Below are positions 36,164-48,849 of a stretch of 64,000 nt of DNA, piece after piece. The position numbers and the translations under genes were made by a program. Source of the DNA: Eledone cirrhosa (taxonomy: Eukaryota); assembly GCA_964016885.1 (NCBI GenBank), contig OZ024740.1:57350001-57414000 (forward strand), read 5' to 3'. The notes under the pieces were generated by a model. It was not told the DNA's origin. It saw only the letters and a list, made by a program, of their open reading frames with translations, and searched no databases. Each line of letters begins with the position of its first letter. Within the stretch, counting starts at the first letter, position 1.

Positions 36164-36400
36164 TAATTATATAATAAACAGCACAATATAATTATTCCAT
36201 TACCCAAGGTTTCACGAAGTTAGACGATTCTAACAGAAATGTCTGATATCGCTCATCGGAAGGAATCTTTATTTGGATATAAGATATGAAATTAAAATCT
36301 ATTAAAATTGAGCGATATCAGACGTTTCTGTTAGAATCGTCTGACTTCTTGAAACCTTGGGTAATGGAATAATTATATTGTGTTGTTTATTACATAATTA
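36164..36400. repeat. Inverted repeat with ~92 bp arms
   Basis: 36164-36255 versus 36309-36400. Confidence 0.85.
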
Positions 36401-36734
36401 CATAGCTCTGTACTATACATAGAGCACTCTTCTTTCCTTTACCTTTTCCACGGAAATACTTAACATATATATATATAGAGAGAGAGAGAGAGTGAGAGAG
36501 AGAGAGAGAAAGAGAGAGGGGTGGGTGGATAGATAGATAGATAAATAGATTGATTGAAGTAAACCACTGTTACTTTTAGTAAGTTGCGTTAAACTCTACA
36601 CGTTATTAGAGTCGGCAGCATGCTGGAATCCAAGTCAAAGGGGTCCTGCAAAGGGTTAAGACATTGGTAGTGAAAGCCGCAGAGCACCAATAATTAATAC
36701 AAAATGGAAACCAAAATTGTTATTCAAATTCCAT

Positions 36735-36795
<61 letters not shown>

Positions 36796-37419
36796 GTAAA
36801 TAAGACTGTTATTACTTCAATCACTCTACTAACCCTCGGCAAATACTCTAAACCGAACGCCAGCCTGTATCCATGACTCCTGCCAAACAAACCGTACGCA
36901 ACCTCCAAATTTGGTGAATTAAACACTGATAACCCATTCTCCCAAACTCAACTACTTAATAGCAATAGCTACTTAATAGGGAAGACAGATGTTATCCAGA
37001 TGCAGCTGTCATTTTACGTAGTTTCTGTATAATAAAGCGAAAGCTATTATTATCTGCAGCGGCTACGAACCCATTACGTAATAGGCCGTGCCCCACCTCC
37101 TCCCGTTGCCCTCGACTTTAAACCCCCAAAATTTCCACCAGATGACGTAATGCAGCACATTGGGAAGTTTAGTTCTTACAACATAACATACAAACCAAAA
37201 AGTAATAATAATCAAGAAAACACCCAAATTATTAATGAAATAAGTTAAATGAATCCAAGATGAAAAACATAAGTCTAGTTCTTACAACACAACATAAAGA
37301 CCAAAATAATATTATTCAAGAAAATACCCAATCTATTTAAGAAATATGCGAAATGAATCCATGACGGAAAATAGAAATATATCAGAAAATACGATAACAA
37401 AAGGCGACGCAAAATGTAT

Positions 37420-37528
37420 ATCCCGCCGAGGTTAACTTTGCCTTTCATCCTTACGGGGTCGATAAAATAAAGTACCAGTAATACACTGGTTAATTGCTGG
37501 CCTTGTTCCTAACGTAGAAACAATTATT
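37420..37528 (+). mobile_element. 5'-truncated SINE
   Basis: Family 3' half. Confidence 0.8.
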
Positions 37529-37544
37529 TACATAAAATAAATAT

Positions 37545-37900
37545 CATCATCGGGTGGCCTCAGCCGAAATGGACTCAACAATTGATCTCCACGTGGGTCT
37601 GTCGTTCATTGCCGTTGCCAAGTCCTGGATTTCAATACCAGAATCTCTGAGATGACATCAGGGTGGGAGAGCTTGCGCCCCCTATTATTAGTGACTGTTT
37701 GTAGTTTCCAAAGCACTAATGGGGACACAACCTCGTAGGTGGCACGATGGCAGTGGCCAGCAAATCTTACTCTCCTTTTACGTAAAACGACAGATATGCA
37801 TGGGAGGCCGGCATATATCTCTCTCAAAGGCAGATATTGCCAGCTTATGTTCTGAATGCGTTGAAGCAGGCGAGTTTAATTGCCATCAAGGTGCTTTTGT
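37545..37900 (-). pseudogene. RTE/RTE-X-like LINE 3' fragment
   Basis: RKRRVRFAGHCHRA..LVLWK..RGRK, with a (gat)n-like tail. Confidence 0.65.
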
Positions 37901-38205
37901 TGTTTGGATGAAATAAATATAATATATACACATAAATGCAAAACATAATTAAGATTAAATAATATACACAAACCTACGTGGATAAAGAAGTTCAAACATA
38001 CAATCAAATATAAGCAAAATAAATTAATGAAATCATGACTTACCTATCTGGATCGTCCCTAACAATGTGACCATCCTTCAAGGCCAATACAGAGAAAATA
38101 AAAGACGAAGACAGAAGCTGTGACACTCCGGTCAATTATCGGCCAAACTAAAAAAAAAAACGAACACAGGCCTTTAAACATTTTTATTACTTCTAAATAA
38201 AGTTA

Positions 38206-38425
38206 GGGCGGTGGATTGGCAGTATCGGTAGAGCGTCAGATAGCATGCTTTGCAGCATAGAGTTACGGTCTTTACGGTCTGAGTTCAAATCCCATCGAGG
38301 TTAACTTTGCCTTTCATCCTTACGGGGTCGATAAAATAAAGCACCACTAACATACTGGGTCGATTTAATCGACTTATCCCGCCCCCCAAAATTACTGGCC
38401 TTGTGCCTATACTAGAAATCATTAC
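38206..38425 (+). mobile_element. tRNA-derived SINE (long subfamily)
   Basis: Full family consensus. Confidence 0.87.
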
Positions 38426-39082
38426 TTCTAAACAAAACTAAATTTCTCCCAAGTATGTCAGATCAGACAATAGTAGAGTCTCCCTTTAATAACCACTTCA
38501 GTACAAATAGGAAAGCGAATGTATGTATTAGCGTAAATATTAAATATTACCAAAGTATCTGCACAGAAGAACAGAGACACGAACAAATACGACAGGAGCG
38601 AAACATAACACAATGTTCGCTCATCAGCCGCCATACTAGACTGGAGCTGTGTGATTTCAACTGAATTACTGACGGTATCAAGGATCTGTCTCAGGATGTC
38701 GGCAGATATAGGTACGGATATTAAACAGGATATGACGTGTGTTACTGAAAGAAATATACTCCGGGCGGAAGACATTTAAACATTACAATAAGGCAACAAA
38801 ATAAAATAAAACAGGAAACGGGCTTTAATATGTGTACACGCATGCGCGTGTGTCGGTTGTATGTAAGCCTATGTTCGCTTTGTACTGAGAAATTAGAAAA
38901 TGTACACCCACAAGACTATATATATTTTATTTCTCACGTCACCGGATAAGTAATAGTAGCAATTATTCTGATTTATGAATTTTCTTTATATTAAAATTTG
39001 ATTGTTTATATACAGGGGCGGTGGAAGCATTTCTGAATTGGGGGAGAGGAAATTTTGACAATTTAGTGTGATTAGTTTAGCT

Positions 39083-39659
39083 CAGAGGTTCTCAAACTTT
39101 TGGGGCTACCGCCCCCCTCACGGCCACGTAATACCCTCAGCGCCCCCACCGTCAGCAACCCCACCACCAGTCTGTGATGACACATCCAAACCTTACTAGC
39201 AGAGACAGTGGACATTAAACAATGATGGTGATGATGTTAGTTTATCATTAGTAACATAGATGTAAAAAGAATGTGATTTTGCCAATAAGAATAAAGACAT
39301 CTATGAGATTGTGTAGAATCTACACAATCTCATAGATGTCTTTATTATAGATGTCTATATGTCTTTATTATAGATGTCTATATGTCTTTATTATAGATGT
39401 CTATATGTCTTTATTATAGATGTTTATATGTCTTTATTATAGATGTCTATATGTCTTTATTATAGATGTCTATATGTCTTTATTATAGATGTCTATATAA
39501 ATGCTTAATATACATATACAATATATTTGTAAAAAAAAGAAAAAAACAAGCTATTTATTGTTTAAAATTTAATTTTTTAATACTACAGTGCCCCCCACCC
39601 CCGCGACATCAAAGCACCGCCCCCAGGGGGGACGGTACCGCCCACTTTGGGAAACAATG
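39083..39659. mobile_element. hAT MITE with an internal palindrome and 23-bp minisatellite
   Basis: TIRs cagaggttctcaaact / ctttgggaaacaatg; perfect 8-bp TSD gtttagct (39075-39082, 39660-39667). Confidence 0.85.
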
Positions 39660-39811
39660 GTTTAGCTCTTTGCACTCTAAAATGGTCAGAAAAATTGGAT
39701 ATGCGATAAACATATCATGTACATAAATTGTAGCCCATATCCAAATAGATGTGTGCTTTGGTAGTTTGGGGATAAAATATAATTATTTTAAAATATCTAT
39801 ATCTATATATG

Positions 39812-39980
<169 letters not shown>

Positions 39981-41004
39981 AGTGGTTACACTTCTACCTA
40001 ACTCGTCCCATGGACTGAGTGCTCTACCACTACGGATATTACATTCCAGTGTTCTACTACTATATATATATATATATATATATATATTCATTTATTACGA
40101 CTATTCGTGAGCTTTGTTACTCTAAAGTTTCACCTGCGCACCCACAGGATCACCAATCTTGCCTGGTGAATACGGCGGTGAGACTCCAGAATAACAAGGT
40201 TTAGCCATAATAAATGAATACTTAAACTCTACTTCGGTATTGAGTTTTCATTATCACGTCCGTCAATAATTCAAGTACTCTCAGGTCTTGAATAATCGTC
40301 CCCACCTCCGCTTATTATTTTGTCTGATTTTTTCCACTCTCTTCCAATCCCCCTCTCTATATCAATTAACGTCAAACTCTCCCGCTCTGTATATTTAATA
40401 TACAACACACTCTCCCAACCTTCCTCTCTATATCAATTACCATCAAACTCTCCCCTCTTTATATCTATATCTATCTCTCCCATCCGTCTTTACATAACAT
40501 GTAGATAAATTGGAGCGCATATACAAATAGATGTGTGTATTGGTGGGTTGGGGAAAAATATAAACAAATACCCCGTACTGCCGAGCCCCGCAAGATCGAA
40601 ACGTCAGCGGCCCATCTGAGGAAGGAGCCCTGCGAGGTGGGGTGGCTGTTGCAGTGGGTGTCGCTGGCCATTGTCAGTGAGAATGCTTTTGCATTCTTGT
40701 CCATTGAGCACAGCCTCAATACTACCTCGCCCTAGGCCCAGAGCCCATGATCCTGCCCCTTCCCTTTCCTTTTTTTATGACACTAGAGCCCTTGCCGTTT
40801 TCTTCCTTATCCGTTTTCATAACCACAAAAGACACTTGAATATTTAATGTATCTTCACTTTATACTGTTTTTATTTGCTTATATATGTTCAATATTTGAA
40901 TAAACCTATGAAATATTTTGAAAAAATGAAGAATAAATATGAAAAAGAAAGATAAATATTGCGAATTAAGTTTCATTTAGCTCTATAGATATACACTCGA
41001 CACT

Positions 41005-41430
41005 AATAATGGTTTCTTATGTAGGCACAAGGCCAGCAATTTGGGGGGGAGGGGAAAGTCGATCAATCGACCCCAGTATATTACTGGTGCTTTATTTTAT
41101 CGACCCCGTAAGGATGAAAGGCAAAGTTAACCTCGGCGGGATTTGAACTCAGATCGTAAAGGGGCCGTAACTCTATGCTGCGAAGCATGTTGTCCGACTC
41201 TCAACCGATACTGCCAATCCACCGCCCTCAACACTCCACAATAATAATTGTTTCTACTTTAGGCACAAGGCCAGCAATTATACCAGTGTATTACTGGTAC
41301 TTTATTTTATCTACCCCGTAAGGATGAAAGGTAAAGTTAACCTCGGAGGAATTTGAACTCAGAAATTAAAGGGCCATAACTCTATGCTGCAAAGCATGGT
41401 GTCCGACCCTCTACCGATTCTGCCAATTCA
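41005..41430 (-). mobile_element. Two SINE copies
   Basis: About 41005-41228 and 41243-41430. Confidence 0.85.
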
Positions 41431-41514
41431 AAATGAATCAGCTCTTTTGCTGGTTTCTGTCATTCGATTGGTCTCTGGTCATACTGGAGCAATCAATTCC
41501 AATCTAGTTCAATT

Positions 41515-41765
41515 GTAAGGTTGTGAGTTCGATTCTTGGACCGTGCAATGCGTTGTGTTTTTGAGCAAAACACTTCATTTCCCGTTGTTCCTCTTCACTC
41601 AGCTGAAGAAATGAGTTGCAATGTCACTGATGCTAAGCTGTATCGGCCTTTGGTTTTCTCTTGGACATCATGGTGGCGTGGACAACGGTGACTGATATGT
41701 ATGGGTGACTACTGGTCTGCCACAAAAACATCTTGCCCGGACTTGTGCCTTTCTTGGTGCATACT
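41515..41765 (+). mobile_element. Second, different tRNA-derived SINE
   Basis: B-box gagttcgattc followed by gttgtgtttttgagcaaaacactt. Confidence 0.5.
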
Positions 41766-41785
41766 TTCTTGGTGCACACACACAG

Positions 41786-41869
<84 letters not shown>

Positions 41870-41886
41870 TATATATGTGTGTGTGT

Positions 41887-41948
<62 letters not shown>

Positions 41949-42103
41949 AGTGTGTATATATATACTTAGGGAAGGTCATATTGTTATAATAATATTGCCA
42001 GAAATAATAACAGAACACACTCACTGTTTGGTTGGTTTTCGCTTCTGTATCTTTTATATCTCCAATATTTGTTTCGACACACGATTTCATATAAAAAAAA
42101 CCT

Positions 42104-42174
<71 letters not shown>

Positions 42175-42271
42175 GCACACATACATATATATATATATAT
42201 ATGTGTGTGTATGTGTATATATATATACACACACATACATATATATATATATATATGTGTGTATGTATGTG

Positions 42272-42332
<61 letters not shown>

Positions 42333-42559
42333 AAATTCAACTCAACAGGTTAGAATTTACTTCATTTATTCATAATCGCTGTTATATATATTTCGGTGAT
42401 AATTGTTATGCAACAGTTATAACCTCATCAGACAGCTAGAAGTTGAACAGGAAAATACAGAAAAACATGAAGAAGAAATAAAGATTACCTTTGTTGTTAT
42501 CGAAACAACAAGGGTATTTTTTATTTCTTCTTCGTATTTTCCTTTTTTTTCTGGGTTTG

Positions 42560-42960
42560 ATTTAGCACCATTTATCCGAACACAAATTCTCGGACATTCG
42601 TATAGAGACATTGGAGCAATAAAAAGCTACCATCGATCCCATACTCCTGCAGAACCTTCCACCGCAGGTTCCATGGAACGCGGTCATATGCCTTTTCGAG
42701 GTCTACCAAGCAAAAATACATCTCTTGGCAATATTCTCACGATTTTCTCATAGACCTATCGCAGTGTGAATATTTAGTCGGCTGTGCTGCATCTGGTGCG
42801 AAAGCCACACTATCAGCTAGCTTGGACTCGAAAATCTCTCTACATCTCTTTGTCAGATATTTAGCATAGAATTTACCAGCGAGGCTTAACAAGGAGAACC
42901 CTCTATAACTGGAGCAATCTTTCTTGTCTCCCTTTTTGAAAATTAGGATTATCACTCCTT
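42560..42960 (-). pseudogene. RTE-clade reverse transcriptase fragment
   Basis: IILIFKKGDKKDCSSYRGFSLLSLAGKFYAK; STAD*IFTLR. Confidence 0.8.
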
Positions 42961-43942
42961 CATCCAGAGCTTCATTTTTCTAAATTTATATTTAGGTGTA
43001 AAAATTTACAGTAAAAACCCGATTAAGTTTTAGTTTTCAGAAGTGCAAAGATCCTTTCTATCAGTTTCTTTAAGCTCAGTCGTTCAAGTGTGTGGTTTCG
43101 CATTATTTTTAGAATTCAAATGTAATTAGAAATGGAAACAAAATATATGTCTTCTCTTATCATCGTGTATGTGCACTGTAAACATTTTGAGAAAGTGGAA
43201 ACGAGTCCCAAGTTGTGTACATTCTCCTAGTCCCCCGTCTCTCTTCTTTATTCTCCTACATTTTATCTTTCTCTCGTGTACATACATAGATATGTGTGTA
43301 CATGAGTATGTAAATGCAATTTGTTTGGTCGTACACATCACCAAATTCACATTCCTCTTCACTCTCTCTCTCTCCTTCTCTCTACCTATCTCTCCCTCTT
43401 TTCCTCTCTCTCCCTCATTCCCTCTTTATCATCTTCTCTTTCTCCCATGTCCTGTTCTATCTATCTCTTGCATTGTCTAATCTATCTTGTTATATGTGAC
43501 TCAATCACCCAGTCTCTGTCTTTCTCTTTCTCTTTCTCTCTTTCTACCTATTCCTCACACAGTACAGACGTCCGTTGGGACACAAAGAAACGTTCTGCAA
43601 ATATATAAATTTATCTAAGAGAATTTCTGTACAGACAATGTTCTCTGAAAATGATTCATTTCCATTTTTCATTTTTCATTCATGCCATAACATAAACATC
43701 CACTTGAATTTCCTACTCTGGACATAGTCTAAAATTAGAACTTAGTTATGGAAAAGCTAGAAATTAATTCATTCCCATCTTTTTAGGGCTTAATTCTTAA
43801 TTCAAGCCGAAAAATACATAAAAGTATAAATATCTGTTTCAGAACATTAAAGTCTCTGTTAAAAATATAAAAAAGATAAATTTGCTTTTTGCCTTCTTTA
43901 GAAGTTGGTGCCTTCGTGTTTCTTTTATTATATCTACAAGAT

Positions 43943-44058
<116 letters not shown>

Positions 44059-44127
44059 TATCCTTTGTTCTGTCCTACACCATCTTGTGTGGGACAGAAC
44101 AAAAGAGAGACACAAAATAAAAAGCTA

Positions 44128-44170
44128 GTTACTGAAGAGGTCACAGAATGTGTGACGAAAGAGCTTTGAC
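44128..44170 (+). ncRNA. Minimal type I hammerhead motif
   Basis: gtta-CTGAAGA-g-gtcaca gaatg tgtgac-GAAA-gagc-TT-tgac. Confidence 0.65.
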
Positions 44171-44314
44171 AATATGTAAACAACCTTCCGGTTATCGAAC
44201 CAGCCAACCGGAAACTTATAATAAATTATAGTGAAAACCAACAGGTGCGTGAGTTTTTATTGGCAGCATGACCCTCTCTAAGTATAACAATATATATATA
44301 TATATATATATATA

Positions 44315-46000
44315 GCGGCGATGAATTAGTTTTGCGAGGTTTTTTATATGAAATCGTGTGTCGAAACAGATATTGTTATATTTGGGGAGGGTCATATTTG
44401 CGTAATATTGCCAGAATTAATAACAGAACACACTCACTGTTTGGTTGGTTTTCGCTTCTCGCTGTCTTTTATATATATGTATCTGCGATCTAACTTACTC
44501 GGTCCTCAATGTTGCCATTGACTGACCGGCGGTCAAAAATAATACAGATACAATATAGACAAACACATATATATATAGTTTACATAAATCTTTCGTTGCA
44601 CATCTGCAACATCGTCAGTGGTGTTATATTCATTGTTCCTCCTGTTGTGTTGTATGTCTACGCCATTTTTTTTGTTCAGTCTGTCTATATATTTATTTAT
44701 TTATTTGCTTGTTTGTTTATCTTATTTTATTTTGTCTTCTTTGCGCATGCGTTTGCGTGTGTGTATAGTGTTATGTGTGATGTGTGACTAGTGTGTATAG
44801 TGTTGTGTCTGCTGGGTGACTAGTGTGTGTTTATGTGCTTGTGTATGTATTTATTTATCTTATTTTATTTAATTTAATTTACTTATTTATTTATACTTCT
44901 CTTAGGTCAGTGTTGTTTGTTTGGGTGTTGTTGTTGTTCCACTCATTCTTTCTGTTTAGCTTTGGTCTTCTAATTTCTATTTCACTGGCCTCTCTGATTT
45001 GCCTATCTGCTGGGTCATTCCTATGTTTAGATATTATTCTAATTTCTATGTTGTCTATGTTACCGTCATGATGTTGTCTAGCATGTTCGTATAGTACTGA
45101 CCCGTTTTTTCGTCCTTTTAGTTCCCCCCAGTGTTGGTCTATCCTTTCACCTAGCATAAGATGTACAGAGGGTACTTGCAGAAACACGACAACAACATAC
45201 ATAGGTGAGACAGCTCGTAGCATAGGTGAAAGGATAGACCAACACTGGGGGGAACTAAAAGGACGAAAAAACGGGTCAGTACTATACGAACATGCTAGAC
45301 AACATCATGACGGTAACATAGACAACATAGAAATTAGAATAATATCTAAACATAGGAATGACCCAGCAGATAGGCAAATCAGAGAAGCCAGTGAAATAGA
45401 AATTAGAAGACCAAAGCTAAACAGAAAGAATGAGTGGAACAACAACAACACCCAAACAAACAACACTGACCTAAGAGAAGTATAAATAAATAAGTAAATT
45501 AAATTAAATAAAATAAGATAAATAAATACATACACAAGCACATAAACACACACTAGTCACCCAGCAGACACAACACTATACACACTAGTCACACATCACA
45601 CATAACACTATACACACACGCAAACGCATGCGCAAAGAAGACAAAATAAAATAAGATAAACAAACAAGCAAATAAATAAATAAATATATAGACAGACTGA
45701 ACAAAAAAAAAATGGCGTAGACATACAACACAACAGGAGGAACAATGAATATAACACCACTGACGATGTTGCAGATGTGCAACGAAAGATTTATGTAAAC
45801 TATATATATATGTGTTTGTCTATATTGTATCTGTATTATTTTTGACCGCCGGTCAGTCAATGGCAACATTGAGGACCGAGTAAGTTAGATCGCAGATACA
45901 TATATATAAAAGACAGCGAGAAGCGAAAACCAACCAAACAGTGAGTGTGTTCTGTTATTAATTCTGGCAATATTACGCAAATATGACCCTCCCCAAATAT

Positions 46001-46006
<6 letters not shown>
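44315..46006. mobile_element. Penelope-like element 3' end as a ~780-bp-arm palindrome
   Basis: 44372-45153 is the reverse complement of 45223-46006; GIY-YIG C-terminus and HHR cores at 44591-44618 (-) and 45760-45787 (+). Confidence 0.9.
45162..45485 (+). pseudogene. GIY-YIG endonuclease C-terminal fragment
   Basis: TYIGETARSIGERIDQH..SVLYEHARQHH..RQIREASEIEIRRPKLNRKNEW. Confidence 0.85.
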
Positions 46007-46064
<58 letters not shown>

Positions 46065-46084
46065 GTATATATATATGTATGTAT

Positions 46085-46125
<41 letters not shown>

Positions 46126-46240
46126 TATATATGTATGTATATATATATATATGTATGTATATATATATATGTATGTATGTGCATATATATGTATGTATAT
46201 GTATGTATGTATATGTAGGTGTATGTATATATAATATGTG

Positions 46241-46293
<53 letters not shown>

Positions 46294-46392
46294 CTTCATA
46301 TGCAAATGAGATTAATCACTTCATTTACACAGACGAGAAAAGTATATATTCTCGCCTGTCTTCTAGTCCAGCAGTCGCAAGCGGTGGGAGGG

Positions 46393-46436
46393 ACCGTCCT
46401 GACGAAGGCCAGTTAAACCTGAACCGCATAGACGGT
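46393..46436 (+). ncRNA. Decayed hammerhead (GAAA changed to GAAC)
   Basis: accgtc-CTGACGA-agg..cct-GAAC-cgca-TA-gacggt. Confidence 0.5.
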
Positions 46437-47016
46437 TGTCCCCCTTGCTTCTGCTGGACATCACCAGAGGGCGTTAGCCCCCGGTGTTTGCATAGCTACG
46501 GCTTCCTAAAACCGTATTTCTTTGGAGATGCGAAATATTTATACATATTGTATAAAGCTATGCTTGAAGCGAAATACTATTTCTCTCGATATATATATAT
46601 ATATATGTGTAATCTAGCTGTCGTCTGTTCTACAGTGTGGATGTAATTCACTTCGCACAGAAGTTTTGTTCAAATTTATTGAAGAAATTTTGTGAGTTCA
46701 AACTTAATTTTGATACAATTGTGTAGCTTGACCCTCCGTCTGAACTGTCAGGCGGTGGGTCAGCTCATCTTTACCCCTCCTAGAGGTGAAAAACCTGTTT
46801 TAAAAAATTTTGTGTAAAAAATTTCAATCGTCTAACAGAAATGTTAAACGCAGCGAACGAAAATAGTGGTGGGGGGACAGCGGTAAGAGTTGTAAGCTCG
46901 CACGCTTTAGTCCCCCCCCCTTTCTTCCCAACTAACGTCATAGAGAAGGAAGGAAAAATTAAAATAAAAACAGACGAATCTGCGGAGAAAAAAATGACGA
47001 AAACACAAATCTGGAC

Positions 47017-48849
47017 ATGGATTCCAACAACGGAAAAAAAAAATTTGAAAAGTTGCATGACAATACTAATAACACAAACAAAGACACAACAAACACAAAA
47101 ATAACATTTGAAAATAACACCATAACAGAAAGCAAAGCAGACGACAAGATTTCATTTGCACAGAAAACAAAGAAATCTTTGACTTATATAGCGGAAAATA
47201 TTTCAGATGTGGCACGAAGGATCACAGACGCCAAACAATACATAAGTGAAGGAGAGAATGGTATTTTATCGGTAAAAATGCCTCAAGAATTCACCAAAGA
47301 CATTGAAAGCCGAACGGTCAAGTTTCGGACCATCAACAACAGTACAAAAAAACCTGAACAGCCTTCTCAAGCAGATATCAAAACAGTACTCACAGAAGTA
47401 CTTAATGAAACCACTTTCATAAGAAAAGACAGACTGTATGGAAGCCTAGCAATTATCATGAAGAACGAATCGGCGGCAAAAAAATGTGTTTTGTCACCAA
47501 TTCGTTCGAAAAATTTTACCTTTTATCCATCTTATATGCGTAAAAGAACTCAACGCATATGGCTGGATGCAATGATGCCAGATGTGGACTACTGCTGGCT
47601 CATAGCTGGCTTCATCGATCCAGTGAATGACAACGTGATTTCCATTGGGAAAACCACAGGCAATGCGTTCAGTGGAACAGGTATAGAGCTGGTAGTGCAA
47701 ATGAAGCCTGAACGCATCGCCCAAATACCCGACAGAATCCTATTAGAGGACCACGGGTATATAAACATTAGCGTGGAGGGGAGAAGGCCGTCCTGCCATA
47801 TCTGTGCAGGCAGAGGGCACCTGAAGGCCGCTTGTCCCCAACTCAACAAAAAGAAAACCCTGCTACCAACACCAGCTCCACCACCACCAACACAACAGAT
47901 AAACAAACAACAAAACTCAGTCCCACCCAACCCGTCCCTCAGTAAAACCACACCACCACCACAACACAAACAGTCACAACACATTACCCCAAAACAAAAT
48001 ACAGGCCCACCCAACCTCTCACTCAATAAAACAACACAACCACCGCAGACACAACACACAACACAGTCTAACATAGTGACATCCATCTCCCCCACAAAGA
48101 AAACCAACACGGAAACATTACCAGCAAACATACCTCTTCCCTCCAACACTGAAGATAACCCAACGAATTCGGAGGAAGAAACGGAGTCCTTCAGACAGAT
48201 TAAAAGGAAAAAAAGAAAACATGTGCAAAACACACAAGGCCAAACAACCCCCACCCAAATCTCAACACAATCCAACAAAACAGAAAACACCCCTCCAGCA
48301 ACAAACAAAACCAAACCTGCCCCTCCCCTCTTCGAAACACTCACACCATCCGAAAAAAAGACATTACACTATACTTACATCAACAGAAACAATAATAAAT
48401 TAAATGAACTCATATACAATAATCCTTCGGTACAAACCGAAGGGGTAAACTTTGTTTCCTCAGAAAACTACCCACATTTAAAACTAATAAAGATCCCAAT
48501 GAATCTCTACCAAAAACTAAAAAAGGATTTTAAGGAGGACGTAGGACCACCCTCTGTCAAACCCATAAACCGCGTCCTACTAAAAAGCTTTCCCCTCCCC
48601 TTCCCCTCCCCAACACAACTCCAAACACCCAAACCCCACCACACACTGACGACCCCACACCACCACAAGACATCCCTTCACCCAACACCCCCGACCCCAT
48701 GGAAGTCATGCAACCCGAACCCGGGAAGCGGAAAGGTAGGTCTCTACACTCTCCTTTGGCTCTGCCGCCCACATGGATGTGTTAAGAGTAGGATGTTTGA
48801 ATGCACATGGCCTGGGCTCAACTTGGAAGCAAGCAAAGCTTCTAAATGA
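47017..48849 (+). CDS. LINE ORF1 (gag-like, CCHC knuckle, P/T/Q-rich tail)
   Basis: 610 aa ORF containing CHICAGRGHLKAAC; overlaps the ORF2 start. Confidence 0.8.
   Translation: MDSNNGKKKFEKLHDNTNNTNKDTTNTKITFENNTITESKADDKISFAQKTKKSLTYIAENISDVARRITDAKQYISEGENGILSVKMPQEFTKDIESRTVKFRTINNSTKKPEQPSQADIKTVLTEVLNETTFIRKDRLYGSLAIIMKNESAAKKCVLSPIRSKNFTFYPSYMRKRTQRIWLDAMMPDVDYCWLIAGFIDPVNDNVISIGKTTGNAFSGTGIELVVQMKPERIAQIPDRILLEDHGYINISVEGRRPSCHICAGRGHLKAACPQLNKKKTLLPTPAPPPPTQQINKQQNSVPPNPSLSKTTPPPQHKQSQHITPKQNTGPPNLSLNKTTQPPQTQHTTQSNIVTSISPTKKTNTETLPANIPLPSNTEDNPTNSEEETESFRQIKRKKRKHVQNTQGQTTPTQISTQSNKTENTPPATNKTKPAPPLFETLTPSEKKTLHYTYINRNNNKLNELIYNNPSVQTEGVNFVSSENYPHLKLIKIPMNLYQKLKKDFKEDVGPPSVKPINRVLLKSFPLPFPSPTQLQTPKPHHTLTTPHHHKTSLHPTPPTPWKSCNPNPGSGKVGLYTLLWLCRPHGCVKSRMFECTWPGLNLEASKASK

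Noticed and set aside
38595-38632. Minus-strand CTGATGA followed by a hairpin
   Set aside because: No GAAA or NUH after the stem, so not a hammerhead
39332-39498. CRISPR-like repeat array
   Set aside because: No unique spacers; a simple 23-bp minisatellite in eukaryotic DNA
40573-40610. Hammerhead-like ctgccga..gaaacgtc
   Set aside because: Core mutated and stem II unpaired; at best a fossil
44891-45223. Separate 110 aa minus-strand gene
   Set aside because: Chimeric reading across the palindrome centre; it is the inverted GIY-YIG fragment
47589-48344. Antisense 251 aa ORF in the LINE
   Set aside because: Shadow of the C/A-rich ORF1 tail
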